From assembly GCA_964016885.1 (NCBI GenBank), contig OZ024746.1, positions 9,610,001 through 9,674,000 on the forward strand: 64,000 nucleotides of DNA, read 5' to 3'. Shown here one piece after another: positions 1-14,700 of the stretch. The position numbers were made by a program, and so were the translations under genes. Numbering within the stretch: the stretch's first letter is position 1; every line of letters starts with the position of its first letter. The notes below the pieces were generated by a model. That model saw only the letters and a program-made list of their open reading frames with translations. It made no database searches and was not told the origin of the DNA. This stretch comes from Eledone cirrhosa. Its lineage: Eukaryota.

Positions 1-1763
1 CTCCTAGTTCATAGTTTTAAGCTTTACTAAAGTGATGACATCCAGCTGTAAAATTTACTAATTTAGTTATATGTAATAGTAAGCATTTTCAAACTTATTC
101 CATCCGTAAATTCATGACAAAAATAAATGTTAGACAGAGCAGAACAAAACAAAATGCATATTGTAATCTGTTATACCTATTATGTGTATGATCAATACTG
201 TTAATAGAAAGTATTGTTTAAATACAACATAACAGACATTGCATAATCTATTCACTATTGTGAAAAAAATATTAATATACTTTTATATTAAAATGTCATT
301 ATACAAAATGTACATCATATTATTCTTTAAAATAATATACAAAATCCTAATAGGCAATAACTTAGAATATTGTATAATAGATTATTTAAGAATAATGCAA
401 CATATTGTATTCAGAAAAAGGAACAAATTTCATTTTATGAAATATTTAATATCAGGGAAGAATATGAGACATAAAATAATATTTCGTTCAAAAAGTTTCA
501 TTATTATATATATATATGATAAGTCAATTAATTGAGAACTAAACATGGGTTTTAAACACAGAAAGATAATTATTTATTTAAACATCACACTTAATATTCT
601 CAGCAAAAGAGAAAAATTACTTTTAATTGCTGATTACTAAAAATTACTCTCTGCAAGTCCCATGTCTAATTGAAACCAGCAAAAATGCAATATCATTTTA
701 GATATTTGAAAAGCAAAGTGATAATTGAAAAGAAATTATCTTTCAACTTAATTCAAATAATTTCTATACAATTCAATTGTTATTCTTTAGAGAATTAATT
801 TTGTTTTCATTTAATTTCAGCTATCCATGTAGCAAAATGTAATCAAACTGTAAATCAACTCCTTATGGAATGAAGCAAGATGGCTTTTCCATATATGTTT
901 TCTTTCTTCATTTATTTTTAATAGTAGCTGAAATTTGGATTGCAATCATTTATGATATCTATATAAATATTTTATTTTATTTTATTCATCATGTGTCAAA
1001 TAAAAAGTCCATACCATTTCTAAAATATTTGATAGACAGTGAGAGAATAATTATTTAAATAATATATAAGGCTGCTACAGCAAGATATTTTCTTTCTATG
1101 TCAGAAAGTACACAGGTTGTATGGTACAGTTATAAGAGATATATGATTCTATAAAGTAGAATAAAATGTGGGCAGTAAAAGCTGAATAGGGATAATTTAT
1201 AATAAAGTAAATATCAGAGAAAAATTCAAAGATTTTTTAAGAAAGCAAGAAAATGAATACAGCTTGCTGAGAAAAAACATGATTCCCTAAAGCAGTATTT
1301 GTGTTTTTGTCATCGCAATTTGTAGATAAACACTTGAAAAATCACAGTACAATGAATTCAGTTTATTTGAAAGAGTTTTACTTCAAAACAGTGGTTATAA
1401 CACCTTTTGTTTCTTATCACATCTACATAGTTTTTTTAATTACTCAGAAGAGTCATTTTAATCATTTAATTCTCAATGTCCTGTATCACATGAAACTGCA
1501 TTAGCTAGACATTCTTTGAGAAATATAAAACAGCATTATGACTGCATCACACAAAACATTACGTCATTACTGGAAAATGTTTATAATGATCTGTCCATTA
1601 GTAAAGTTACTATAAGCAAATGAATTATAAAACCTGTTTTTAGACATTTTCTGCTTACAGGATGTTCAAAGTTAAGGACACACACAAAAGTTGGTTGCTC
1701 CAGATTAAAAGACAAACTTTTAATAACTCTTTATTATATATATGTGAGATAATATATATATAT

Positions 1764-2214
1764 GCAGACGTTATATTTAATTTGTTAGGATTCAACAAGC
1801 TTAAACATTTTTATAACTGATATAAAGCACTCAACAGTTTAGTGGATTAAATACACAATATATTAATAAATGGAAACTATATTTATAAAACCATATTTAT
1901 TTTATTATATATATTTCAAGGGCAACCAAGACAAATTATGGTGCGCTTTCATCAGATAAAATACAGATTTGTTTTATAAATAAATATTGACATACCCGGA
2001 AAAAAGACAACCTTAACGGTTGGAGCTTCCCAGATAGCTATCCAGGAAGCTCCAACCGTTAAGGTTGTCTTTTTTCTGGGTATGTCAATATTTATTTATA
2101 AAACAAATCTGTATTTTATCTGATGAAAGCGCACCATAATTTGTCTTGGTTGCCCTTGAAATATATATAATAAAATAAATATGGTTTTATAAATATAGTT
2201 TCCATATTGTGTAT
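1764..2214. mobile_element. Fold-back (palindromic) Penelope-like element remnant, family A, with a hammerhead on both arms
   Basis: Near-perfect palindrome 1870-2205 centred on GATAGCTATC (2033-2042). The left arm has an unpaired ~100 bp extension (1764-1869). Flanked by TA/CA microsatellites. The same family occurs at 31763 and 34178. Confidence 0.75.
2112..2177 (+). ncRNA. Minimal type I hammerhead ribozyme (mirror copy on minus strand at 1898-1963)
   Basis: TATTTTAT-CTGATGA-AAGCGCACCA..TGGTTGCCCTT-GAAA-TATATA-TA-ATAAAATA. Helix I is 8 bp, helix II is imperfect, helix III is palindromic, and the cleavage triplet is AUA. Confidence 0.75.
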
Positions 2215-3149
2215 ATACACACACATACACATTTATACATACACACATACACGCACACACACATACACATTTATATATATGTCTGCATATACTTATATAT
2301 ATATATGTGTGTGTATATGTAGGTGGAAAATTGGTAGAGTATTACTCTATTAAATGTTCCTGCCTAGCGGTTGAGACCATGCTGGAGCTCTACAATTGTA
2401 TGTAAGTATGTGTTTAGCACAACCATACTACTTACAAAATAGATAAAAGAAAAACGACCAATGTTGACTGTAAATGATCCCTTAGCAAATTGATAAAATG
2501 TAGAATGATGAAATAAATACCAAATAGAATTTATAGAGCTAGAGCCGCTATAATTTACTAAAATCTCTGAAGTTGGTGGTGTATCATGACCTTAGTCTAA
2601 TAGATGGAATGTGTTAACAAAAATAAAACAGACATGTGAAAAAATATATTCACATTTTACCTTTTTCCAGATGTAATATTTGGCATATAGAGGTTTTAAT
2701 GGAAGTCCCTTCCATCTCCTTAGATTTGCCTTACATACACAGATAAATAAATACACATACATACACATATACATTCTTATGTACATATTCACATATACAT
2801 GCACAGCCACATTGTACAATCACAAAAGTTCCCAACTGTATCTTAACCATCTTGAAGGTATCATATATTATTTAATTTTATAAAGAATGAACAGCTTGAT
2901 ATTTGACGAGCAGCAATTTGAAAGAAAAACTGCTTGGAGAAAGAATTCCACCACCAGTGTATGACAGAATGTTGGAATGGAATTGAAAATCAGGCTATCA
3001 ACTAAGCATTTTACAATAAAAGAAATGTCATTCAGATTTAATATGAAATACCAAAGTATTCTGCGAGTATGCTATATTTGCAATACACCTAGAGATGTTT
3101 TTGTTTTAACTCCTGAAAGACTAACTCTCTCTCTCTCCCTCTCACTCTC

Positions 3150-3196
<47 letters not shown>

Positions 3197-4213
3197 TTTT
3201 CTCTCTCCTGTACACATATAGAAATAGCTGCCAAATGACTGCAACAAAATCTCCCTCACATCACAACCTATTGTCGTAAAAAGGGGGAGAAAACATTGGA
3301 TAATGTAATTCTGCATGCAATATGTCTTGATATAAAATGCAATGGTCAGGACTAAGGTGGAGCTATATAAACAACACATGCACACACACACACACACACA
3401 CTCTCTCTCTCTCATACACACATACACATACACATTCAGTTGTTCAAGCAGCTGAACCACCAACTTAATAAATTAACATAATTTCTCAGTCCACTTTAGC
3501 ATGACAATATTTGACAAGATTGGACAATTGAATTATAGATACAATCCATCCAACAGGCTTCCACACAGTTTCTATCTGCCCAATGTCACTCACAAGGCTT
3601 GAATCAACTTGAGGTAGTGATAAATGATATTTACTCAAGATACCACACAGTGGTACATGGAACATGGGACTTTTTGATTATCAAGTATTTACTCAGTTAT
3701 GCTTGCATTCACAAACTTGTTTGAATAGAAATGCAACAAAATATATTTTAACTTGTATTATTCAACATAAATGTAAAATATCAATCAAAGAATACATTTT
3801 CTTGAAGAGCAGATAATCAAAATATAAGGAAAATTACATTTGGAATATATTTTTGATCAGCATCAAATTCTAATTGGCAATGTGAAAATAATGTGTTTGT
3901 ATAACCTCAGGTCAACTCTAAGTGAGGAGGCATATGATCAAAGATATTTAAAGCTATGGTCATTCCCTCGTTTACTTAAGTATGTTGTATTTAGGACTGC
4001 ATTTTAAAGATGGTAATGTATAGTTTGAGAAATATTTTCTTTTGTTGCTATTTTTAGCACCTAGAGGTTCCATCATGTAGAAGTTCTACCCTGATGTATG
4101 GTATTCTTAGGTCTAAATGTATTTTCATTTAACCCCAAGTCAGCTCAGATTACGGAAACCTAGCCATTCTAGCCATGACCATTCCATCATGGTATGCATT
4201 GGACTATATTATT

Positions 4214-4405
4214 GAGGGCGGTGGATTGGCAGTATCGGTAGAGGGTCGGACGCCATGCTTTGAAGCAGAGTTACCTCCCTTTATGATCTGAGTTCAAATC
4301 CCGCCAAGGTTAACTTTGCCTTTCATCCTTACAGGGTCGATAAAATAAAGTACCAGTAATGCACTGGGATAATTGCTGGCCTTGTGCCAAAAGTAGAAAC
4401 AATTA
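4214..4405 (+). mobile_element. tRNA-derived SINE (family S1)
   Basis: A-box-like TGGCAGTATCGG, B-box GAGTTCAAATCC, body AACTTTGCCTTTCATCCTTAC.GGGTCGATAAAATAAAGTACCAG, and tail GTGCCAAAAGTAGAAACAATTA. Many similar copies lie in this window. Confidence 0.9.
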
Positions 4406-5262
4406 GTGAATGTGTCCTTCATATTTTTTAATATGGTAGGGTGTAATTTCTGGTATGTATAGGTTCTCACCTGATTTGCCAAACTTTGTGTGATTTATAT
4501 CAATAATGTGCAGCTTTTTTTCTGCCATAACCCACATATTTTTATATCATGTGGTACATCCAACATTCATTAAATAAAACCAAAAATCGATATTCAAACA
4601 CAAATTTAATTCAAATTGTAATAAAGTACAAAAGAAAAATATGAGATATAGGTTCAATGGATTTCTTGTTCCTGGTGTCATAATTAATTTTCCTAAATAT
4701 ACAAATGTCACCATGGCCAATCTTTATACAGTGATTGTTGTTGTAGCTATTCTGCTCTAAAATTGGTTCTGGTTGATCAAAGAGACTTCCAGCATTCATT
4801 GTCTTTGAATTGGCAGAGCCATTAGAGTATCATCATAATCAAAATCATCATCATAATCATCATCATAATCACCACCCTTTAACATCCATTTTCCCTGCTT
4901 ACATCTTGCGGTATTTGTTCTGGCTCCATGAACTTGGAGGTCAACTCTACTTTTCATATGATACAGTACCAGTTCAGGCGATGGATTGTTAGAATTGTTA
5001 AAGTATTGTGAGTTCAAATGTTTATGAGGCCTACATGGGTAGATGACTTAATTCACACTCTGGCTTAAGACTACTACCTTTAGGAAAATCCACTCTGTGA
5101 CAAGAATTCCAGTCAGGTCTCCTGTTTAAAAATACTTTCTTCCCATTCATTCACCAGTGTCATAGGCTCTACCCTTCCCTCCACCACAAAAAAATGATTT
5201 TAAAAAAAAACATGTAGTGCACCTGAGCACTGTACACAATACTTTTCATTATTATTATCATT

Positions 5263-5660
5263 GAAGGGTGGTGGATTGGCAGTATCGGTAGAGCGTCGGA
5301 CGCCATGCTTTCTAGCATAGTTACATCCCTTTACATCCCTTTACAGACTGAGTTCAAATCCCACCGAGGTTAACTTTGCCTTTCATCCTTACGGGGTCGA
5401 TAAAATAAAGTACCAGTAATGTACTGGGTAATTGCTGGCCTTGTGCCAAATGTAGAAACAATTATTATTATCATTGAATTGGCAGAATCGGTAGAGGGTT
5501 GGACACCATGTTTTGCAGCATAGAGTTACGGCCCTTTGCGTTCTGAGTTCAAACCCCACCGAGGTTAACTTTGCCTTTCTTCCTTACGGGGTAGATAAAA
5601 TAAAGTACCAGTAATGCACTGGAATAATTGCTGGCCGTGTGCCAAAAGTAGAAACAATTA
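5263..5660 (+). mobile_element. Two tandem S1 SINEs
   Basis: Copies at ~5263-5462 and ~5477-5660. The first is flanked by the 18-bp direct repeat ATTATTATTATCATTGAA (5248-5265 and 5461-5478). Confidence 0.9.
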
Positions 5661-5741
5661 ACATTTTATATAGAACCCTAATATGGGACAACATTTTCAA
5701 AATTTAATGTGCTTCCTTTATTTTTAAGATTAAAATGACAT

Positions 5742-5908
5742 TTAACCCTTTATTATTTAAAGTGGCCATACTGATGTTAAGGTATTGTTCTCAACATAAA
5801 TAATATCAAAAGTTCATAGGTTTGATATTATGTGAGATAAATATGAGGTAAAGTGTTTACCATGAAAATATAAGAGTAAATAGAGTAATGTAAATGTTAA
5901 AGGGTTAA
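5742..5908. mobile_element. piggyBac-like MITE
   Basis: TTAA-CCCTTT...AAAGGG-TTAA termini; homologous to 47360-47587. Confidence 0.75.
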
Positions 5909-7110
5909 GGGAAATTCTTTGAGTCTGCTATGTCTAGTGGCTCTAGTAACAAGTTCTGTTCTGATGTGTAATTCTCTATATGTCATTTATAAAGTAACCG
6001 TGAAATTAAAGTATACTACACTACTGAACAAACCTGATTGTTTGTTTTGAAATCTTGTTCCAACCTAATGCAGGATTCTCTATATATTATTTATACAATG
6101 GTTAGGAAGTTAAGATTTGTTAGAATAAAGTTAACTATGAAGTTAATATTACTGAACAAAACCAGTTGTTTCAAATCCTAATATCATGATTGCCCACAAG
6201 TTTCATATATTCTTAGAGAAGTACATAAATTTACTTAGAATGTTATCCTTCACACAATTAATAACTCAACCACAGTAGCTTATGCAAGGAAATGCACCTA
6301 TCTATATTTTATAGATATGCATGTACACATACACATATACACACATATGCACATAAACTTCCAGTAATTTAAATGGACGTAACCAAACTTGAAGAAACAT
6401 CTTAGCTTATGTTATCAATGAGTGAAAACGTGCATATAAAGCTGGCATAAAAGATAGTTTGATGTATCAAGATCAATGCCTTATAACTTCCTTTCATCCA
6501 TTTTTGATCAACAATTATCAATAATACAGTGTGTGGAGTGTTATGACAACTATCATAGGGATTCAAAAAGAAGCTGTATATTAAATATGTCCAATGGTTT
6601 ACATTATTGCAACTCAGAGGTATAATTATCTGATCTCTAGCTCCATCAAGTCTCATTCTCCAAATATATCTGTATTCTGCACATACTATCTCCATTTCTC
6701 CCTTTTCTATCTTTCTCTTTCTCTTTGTCAATATAATATATATATGTGTATGTATGCATATATATGTGTGTATGTCTGTATATATATATATGTGTATATA
6801 TATGTGTGTGTGTAGGTAACAGTGACAAGTAGAATGAGGGAAAGATGATTGAAGAGCACAAGGATTTAAAACAGTAAACAAAATGAAAAAATGTGAAAAG
6901 GAAGATTTGGGGGACAAAAAATATGCAGAAAATAGTAAACAATATGTGTGTAATGAAAATATACTGAGTGAAAAGGAAAGGATCAGACATCATATTTATT
7001 GAAATAGATTCAGAGACGAAAGGGATAAGATGTGTGTTAGAGCTGTACCATGTTAGAAAACAGATGTTTCAAAAGGAGGCATCATGTTTAATATATAAGT
7101 AGGTGTGTGT

Positions 7111-8200
7111 CATCATCGTATTCTTCATTTTTACCTGGATCGACTCTCTTGAGTCATGCCACTTGTGGTATTTCTTTTTTCATCTTTTGTAAGATTCAAC
7201 ATCTTAAGACTAGTTGTCATCATTCTACCCATGTTTTCCTTGGTCTTTCTCTTTTGTGGCTTCTTTCTGCTTTGAACTCCTGACAACTTCTTTACCCAAC
7301 TGTCATCATCTATATCTATTTCATTTCCATATCAGTACATCATTCTCTTGTTCATGCAAAAGTTGACTCCTCTTATGCCAAGCAGTTGTGTCAATTCATC
7401 TGTCCATCATCATTCATGCACACTGTTATACATCCAATGAAGCATGCTTACTTTATTTCTATCCAACTTTCACACATTCTCTTCATTCAATATCCATGTC
7501 TCACTACCATTCAAAATTGTACAATGTTTTGAAGAATCATACAATCTACCCTTTTCTCAGAAAGAGAATCCCAACAGAGGTAATGGGTCTCTGAGCTTTT
7601 TCAAGTCAGTTATTATTCTAACAACTATGTTTATAGACCCTCCTCCTCTGCTCCTTAGATCACTTAGGTAACAAAAACTATCAACTACTTTTATGGAGCC
7701 ATCTTTGAATTTGAAAGACTTTATTTTAATAACGCTCTCGCTGGTAACTTTGTTACATACAAAGTCTACCTTCTCTGTAATTTTGTCAGCAAAACTTCTT
7801 GCATGCCCATTGTTTATATTGAGTATACAATATGGAATTCCTATCTATTTCATTTATGCCTATCGATCATGGCCATTTCCATGATAGCAACAAGTTCTTA
7901 TCATCTTTCCTACTTACTAAAACTTCAATATTTGCCAAGTTGAGTATTTTTGACTCTAGATTCTGTTTCTGTGTCTGAAAATTATTCTCTAGTAACAATT
8001 AGAACTATCAGGTCATCAGAATACTTGAGTTACCATGGATAGTTGGGCTTAAACTCCTCTGTAATGGCCTAATATGATAAAAAGGGTGGGGCTAAGGACC
8101 AAGCTTTAATGACTACCTCATCATAAACATGTTCTTATAACTGGTGCAGCCAGTCATTGTAGGGACACACTAGATGCTTTTGTAGTCAGTTGTCACCCCC
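7111..8200 (-). mobile_element. Degraded RTE-clade LINE (reverse transcriptase to 3' end)
   Basis: Patchy similarity to the RTE copy at 30675-31718 (e.g. CATGTCTCACTACCA, the GSETW-region), a remnant of the (H)QGSVLSP motif near 8085-8110, and a CAT tail at 7111. Many stops and frameshifts. Confidence 0.7.
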
Positions 8201-8829
8201 AACTAGCATCATGTACTCTAAACTCCTCACTGAACTCATTACCAACTCCCATTTGTATGTAGCTTGCCCCACTCTCTCCAACCATTTCTACACCTTCTCT
8301 CTCTCTCTGTGAATTACAGATTTGTGGAACAAAGTTACAAAACAAATAAATGATTTATTCAAAACATTTCCACACGCCAGAAAATGTATTATTCTTATTT
8401 TCAAACAACAGCAACAAAAACAAAGAATAGAAGAACTGACCATTCCCAGAACTGGAATCTTACTTGTCAGTTAATAGTCAAAATCAACTATCTCAGTTTT
8501 TGGCATTTGACATTTCGGCAACTCAAGCATAACGACTTTGCCAACCAACTATGTTATATGTTAATAGATAAACTCTACTGTTGAAATCTGTGTAACATCA
8601 TCACCAAGACCCTTATCTACATTCTTTTTTTATCAAAAGTATGTTCCTCCTCACCTCCCTCGACATGATCTTATTTATTTAGTATTTGTATTTACACCAC
8701 TATTGACCAATATATATTTCATATGGTGAAATCAAAATCAATAATCTCTCTTCACCTTCTGCATTCTTCTTACCAGCAACAACAACAGCAAACATAGCAG
8801 TCAAATATCAAATATGTTTAGTTGGTTAT

Positions 8830-9372
8830 TAAAACACAACCGGCCTGATATTGTTGTTTGGGACTACATATTAAAAACATGTTCTGTTGGAGAAGTTAGT
8901 TGCCCACTCAATGTAAATGTAGCAAGAGGAGGGGGATATCTGTAGACCATAAATGAGGAGTTAACATAAACAGTACCCAAGATATCCATTCATCTTCATA
9001 CCTACATTCACCTTCATACCTATCAGAAGGGTCTCAAAGGCAGTACAAGACTCATTTAGGGCCCAAAGCAGGTAAAGATGTTTCTTAAAATGGCTGTTGC
9101 ATGGTTGCAGTGGGCCCAGGAACAAAATACCAGCTAGACCATCCTCTCATAGGTCCTACCTATCAGTATTGGAGCTACAGGATATATGCTAACCTATCTG
9201 AAATTAATACATAAGCTACAAGTGACTACAATATCTGAGACCTTCAAAATCTGTAAAACAATGTTCTTACCATTCAAAAGATGAATGATTACACAAAGGA
9301 TGACAAAAATTTACAACCTTGCCACCAGGAAGGTGGCCTGTCAAATATATACTCAAGACAAAAAGAACAAAA
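8830..9372 (+). mobile_element. Degraded 3' part of an R4/Dong-like non-LTR element (restriction-like endonuclease)
   Basis: Encodes KHNRPDIVVWDY.LKTCSV.EVSCP, homologous to 39605-39680. Interrupted by a ~130 bp insert flanked by TACCTATCAG (9017-9026 and 9157-9166). Ends in a (TACA)-type microsatellite. Confidence 0.7.
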
Positions 9373-9635
9373 CATACATATATACACACAAACATACATA
9401 TATACACACAAACATACATATATACATGCATACACACATACATAGGTACATACACACACACATGCATACATACATTCATATATTATACACACACACACAC
9501 TTATGAGTGTGATTGTGTGTGTCTTTATGTAGATATATATCTATTGATAGGTATACATATTCATAAATGCACTTACACAAATCTCTATCGGTCTATGCAA
9601 TATATCTCTCTATCAATCTATGACTTGTCAGTCTT

Positions 9636-9694
<59 letters not shown>

Positions 9695-10418
9695 TCTTAT
9701 TCATTCTCTGCTTCTCTTTATACCTACACATTCTAAAAACACCCACATACAAAAACACACATACCTCTGCAAGGACGCACACATACACACCTCTACAGTG
9801 ATTTCTAAAGATTTGTTGTTGTTTTTAGGATATTGGATTTTTCTTTTCTTATTCATCTGAGTTAATATGAAAATTGGCTCCCTTCCAACTGTTTATCATT
9901 GAATAAGCAACTTTGTTTTTTAGAGAAAAAAAGTGAAGAAAGCTTGGGATCAAATCTAAGACATCTGAATAAAAATATCTTAAGCAATTTCATTCATTGA
10001 AACCTCTGGAAAAAGTCCATAAGATATTTTTTCTTTCTTTCTTTTTTCTCTCTTCCTCGCTTTTTTCTTTCTTTCTTATACATCTATCTATCTGTAGAAT
10101 TCAAAATCAGTATCTTTTTCCAAGCAGAATCCAAAGTGTTATGAAGACAGTGTAACAATCGGTATCTTTATATCTTTATGTGCAGGTCAAGAACTTACAA
10201 GGAATTTTTGATGAACATGATTGCCTGCAGTTTGCCAATTTTCTACTCTCAATCTCTGAGTGTACATGTATGTGTAACGTGTGAGTTTTTTTCTGATGTA
10301 TGTACAAAGAGAGACATGTAAGTTGCTATAAGTATAGAAAGCTACAGCTAGCTATATCAACTTCTTTTCATTTCACCAAATTACAATCAGGTAAACTTCA
10401 TTAATCATAAACATACCT

Positions 10419-10730
10419 CATCATCATCATCATCATCATCCCTGTTTAACGTCTATATTCCATGCTTGCATTGGTTAGACACTTGTTTTGGTTTAGTTTC
10501 TATGGTTGGATGCCCTTCCTAATGCCAACCCCCTTACAGTGGGTACAGGGAGCATGTTTTCTATGGCTTGATACCTTTCCTAACACCAACCACTTTACAA
10601 TGTGTACTGGGAGCTTGGGTTATATAGCTGGATGACCTTCATAATACAAACCACTTTACAGAGTCTACTGGGAGCATTTTATCATGACTGACACTTCACC
10701 CTTACTGTGTGGACTGGATGCATTTGTAGT
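10419..10730 (-). mobile_element. Short (ATG)n-tailed element related to the RTE 3' UTR
   Basis: (CAT)n-..GTTTAACGTC..CCATGCTTGCAT..GGATGCCCTTCCTAA.GCCAACC, with the internal unit repeated three times. The same motif is in the 3' UTR of the RTE at 30675. Related copies at ~17254-17410, 23083-23350, 40545-40780 (+) and 49777-49893. Confidence 0.7.
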
Positions 10731-11553
10731 GGTGTGTAGGTACATATGTATATATATATATGGTAATTTCACAAGGTTATGTATAAAATGTTTTAACATT
10801 GAAATAGTTATATTGATGAAATTATGGAAAGTGACTGAAAGGATATTTTAATGAAAATCTGTAGAGTATAGCTTTTTTAATTTGTTTATCTTGCAAACGG
10901 TAATTCTAGAAGAATCTCTTGTATTTTAACTACACATAAACACCCAGTTAGCAAGACAGAGAGCAATGAAGAAGAGAAGTGTAACGGAAATAAAAAAAAA
11001 AAGCTAAACAAAATTACAACTGCAATTCTATATCTAGGCAGTTTGATGAAAGGAGAATTTGATGAGATTCCTTGTCTGCCAAGAAGGAATGTCATATGCT
11101 TCCAACATTGTATTTCCATGTACAGACTATTAGAGAAGGCTATTCTTATGAATGTCTGCTGAGTGAAGATGACTTAATGGTGATTTGACAGCTTTAAACA
11201 ACAGTGTAGTCTGCAGAATATCTGAAATCCTGTAATTTCACAATGCCATGTATTGGGCATTTTCCATATCAGAATATCAGTTATAGAGACTATTTATGAG
11301 AACTACATGAAATAAGCTATTAATGTAAATTCTCATATATATATATATATGAGAAAGAGAGAGAGATTATATATATTCAAGCATTGAAAAGCAAACGTAA
11401 AGACGTTTATGATGATATATATACCATTTATGTTGTGTGGCTAACCAATTGAAATATGTATAGTGTTTTTTGCAGATTTAAACGATTACCTCCTATGTGT
11501 GTGTGTATATATATATATATGCGTGTATGTGACGGTGTATACATGATGTTTAC

Positions 11554-11709
11554 TAGTGAATCAAATTCCAATACAGCCAGTGTCATATTTTACTTTTTAT
11601 TTTCGCTTGTGCCTTCATCTCTTCAGGTGAATGTCCGAAGACATGAAAGCGCAAGTGAAAATAATGATTAAAATGTGAAACTTCAGCTGCGTTAGAATTT
11701 GATTGACTA
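11554..11709. mobile_element. Old, diverged fold-back element with a degenerate hammerhead-like core
   Basis: Imperfect inverted arms TAGTGAATCAAATTC.. / ..GAATTTGATTGACTA next to (TA)n. The minus strand reads TTCAC-CTGAAGA-GAT-GAAG-GCAC-AA-GCGAA and the plus strand reads CCGAAGA-CAT-GAAA-GCGC-AA-GTGAA. Confidence 0.5.
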
Positions 11710-14700
11710 TTATATCATATATATATATACATATATATATATATACATATATATGTACATATCTATCTATCTATATATATAATTCATAGTCTGTTTACAG
11801 ATAATGTAACAGTCATATATATATATAGTACAGTCTCATACAAAATATAGTGAGTAGAAAAACTTCAATCAACTAAGATCGCCCTTCCAATTTCAAAACA
11901 AATTCTCCCTTTAGAAGTGTTCAAATCTAAAAACAAGCAAGAAAGAGAATTTCTAGAATATTGATTAAGCCAAATTTTGGTGAAAACTTTTTGACAATGT
12001 ATTAGGGAATGGATTTTGTCTTAATACCAACAGGTGAAAGTAGAAGACATATTACGATTTTGTTTTCTCAGTTAAATGCATTTAGTTAGCATAGTTGACT
12101 TATATATAGGAATATGTATGCATACAAGTTGACAAAAGGGTTTTTACATTGTCTCTCGATGTGTAAGAAATCAAGTTAAAAAATCTCCTTCAAATCATAT
12201 CATATCATTTTACAACAAAGAAGGACATATTGGATAATGAAGTCAAGGTTTCCCCTAAAAGTTCTAGATGGCTCCAGTTGGAATGTTTTTAGCACTTTCG
12301 TTACCATATTTCTATAGTCTATAATGGTTAACATACTTTTACAGTAAGATAAATGTATAACTATATCACAGCAGAGGACCAGTTCAATTCTTATGGAGGG
12401 AGCCAAAGCATTTTCCTAAAATACTATATTTTTAATGTATACGTGTGAATGACCTTTCTTCTTTATACTTGTTATTGTGTGTACATGTATGTTTATTTAT
12501 ACATGTATGTTTGTGTATACATGTATGTGTATAATGAGTGTATGATGAGGGTGGTAAAATTATAATGAATATCACTAATTTGATAAAGGTGAAGGAAAAA
12601 TTACTCCTGCTGCTACTAGTACAGTTAAGCTTTTATTCATATATATACTTGCATCCAATTAAGCTTTCAATCCAATACGAAATTTGTTGGAGAAAATAAC
12701 TTCTTTGATTATTGCTTATTTCTATATCCATGAAACTAATCAATTTTATCTACACTTGACATATTCAAAATAATGGTAGAACTTGTGTGAAGACTAATAA
12801 ATAAGCAATAATTGAGTTATATTGCAAAATATTAATGAAATTAATAATCTTGCTACCTGGTGTATATATTGATCATTTATCAATATAAATTGAATTTTAT
12901 GGAAATGTTATTTATATTTTTCTTAGATAATAAACAAAAATATTTTCATATAAATGATATAGTTAGAGTATTGTGATAAAAGATATTTGGTTATATGCTT
13001 ACATATTAATTAACATTGAAACTGTATATGTTCTAAAATATTGCTTTTATATATATTAACCATCAATTGACCTATCTTCCTAATGATTTGAATAACTTCA
13101 GGTTTTTCAATATCCTGCTTTCTAGCCATTAATTAACTGTAACTAATGTAAACAACTGTAAATAATAATAAAATGTCTTACTTTGCCTGCTTTGGTTTTG
13201 ATCATTTCAGTAATGTAAAGAATACAACAACGATTTCTATCATAAATTGTTGTAAAATTCCCTACTGAATATATATTCAGTAGTTAGTTACATAAATATA
13301 TGGCAGAATAAATCAAAACAATGTATCCCCTTTCAAATAGTTATTTTATTTTACAATAGTCAAATATATTTCTAGGATAAAATTACATAAAATTAATAAA
13401 GAATTTAATATTTAATCAAATATATAGAGAAAGAAAGTAGCATTGAAAAGGAATATAATTGCTCTAAATGAGAAGAAAAGGAGATAAAGGGCAAAGATTA
13501 TCTGTATATTTTAATGTATAAATTGTTTACATCACATAGGGATAACAATAATGAACAATAAATACTAAATACAAGAAATATCCTAGCAGGAATATCATTA
13601 AGTGAAATCTAATATATCTTATTCTATAGATTGTTTCTCTATAAAAAAAGTTAACTTCAAAACATTTTGTTTAGTAAAATGAAGGAATAAGTACAAAAAT
13701 CACCATATTATGGAAAGGTTACATTCCGATAAACTTTGCTGTAAAGTGGAATTCCATAACACAGAACCTATTTTTCTTTTGACTTCTAAGTTATATATTG
13801 GAATGCATTCATATGGAATTTTTTCAGAGAAAACTAAACAAACAATGAAACCACTTTTATGCATGAAAATAACTAATTCTAAACACACAGAGTACAGTAT
13901 ATGTAGCGGCATTTGAAGAGAAATATATTAAGGAATAAATAAGAATAAACATTTAGCTTTTGCTTGAATTATAATCTCATTTAGCAGTACATTACACCCA
14001 GTCAATCCACACACAGAGGGGTCATTCCACATTAAGCATCACATCAGTTCAAAACACATCAAATAATGTCTATGTAGTTAATGGAGTAGTTGCCGGTCTT
14101 TATTGTCACATTGTTTCCAAATAAACATTGCAAGCTTTAATGTTTTTTGAAATATGGCTGAGTTTTTCAAGATCAAACCTTTGTAAAACACCGATTTTAA
14201 TGTCCCCCATAATCCCTTTATGGGCTACTGCCTTCACTTCCACTTGATGGATTATGTCCAGACATCTTCAACATGAGTAATGCACTGTACTCTGTATACT
14301 GTTGGCTTGTAAAAGTAAAATCCTACAGCTGTGGTAGCAGACAGAAAATCCACACAACAGTCACAGATAGTAACTTTCTAGTAATTATTGTTTTATATAT
14401 AGATATTGCGATTTTAGTTTTCAAAATTCTTAAAATTCACCTGAATTTCCATAAAGGTAGAATTATAAGATGTGTCCTCAAATTAATTATCATACTTTCC
14501 AATTTCCATTTGTGAGTAATTCTATAATCAGAGTTTCCATAATATTGAGAATCCCTGTAATGTATAACTTTGTCACATGTACATAATTTGGGAAATGGGT
14601 GTAGTAAATTTATTTTACTAGCACTTTTTTGTGAAACAAATATATTTGATATACTTGACTGGCTCTTTTTATTTTAAACAAAATACCAATTATTCATTCA

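Noticed and set aside
2659-2727. Possible minus-strand exon ANLRRWKGLPLKPLYAKYYIWKK
   Set aside because: The acceptor lies in a TG/TA microsatellite and is weak, and there is no homology.
13262-13283. 22-bp perfect palindrome CTACTGAATATATATTCAGTAG
   Set aside because: Short, AT-centred and isolated, with no tail, ribozyme motif or second copy.
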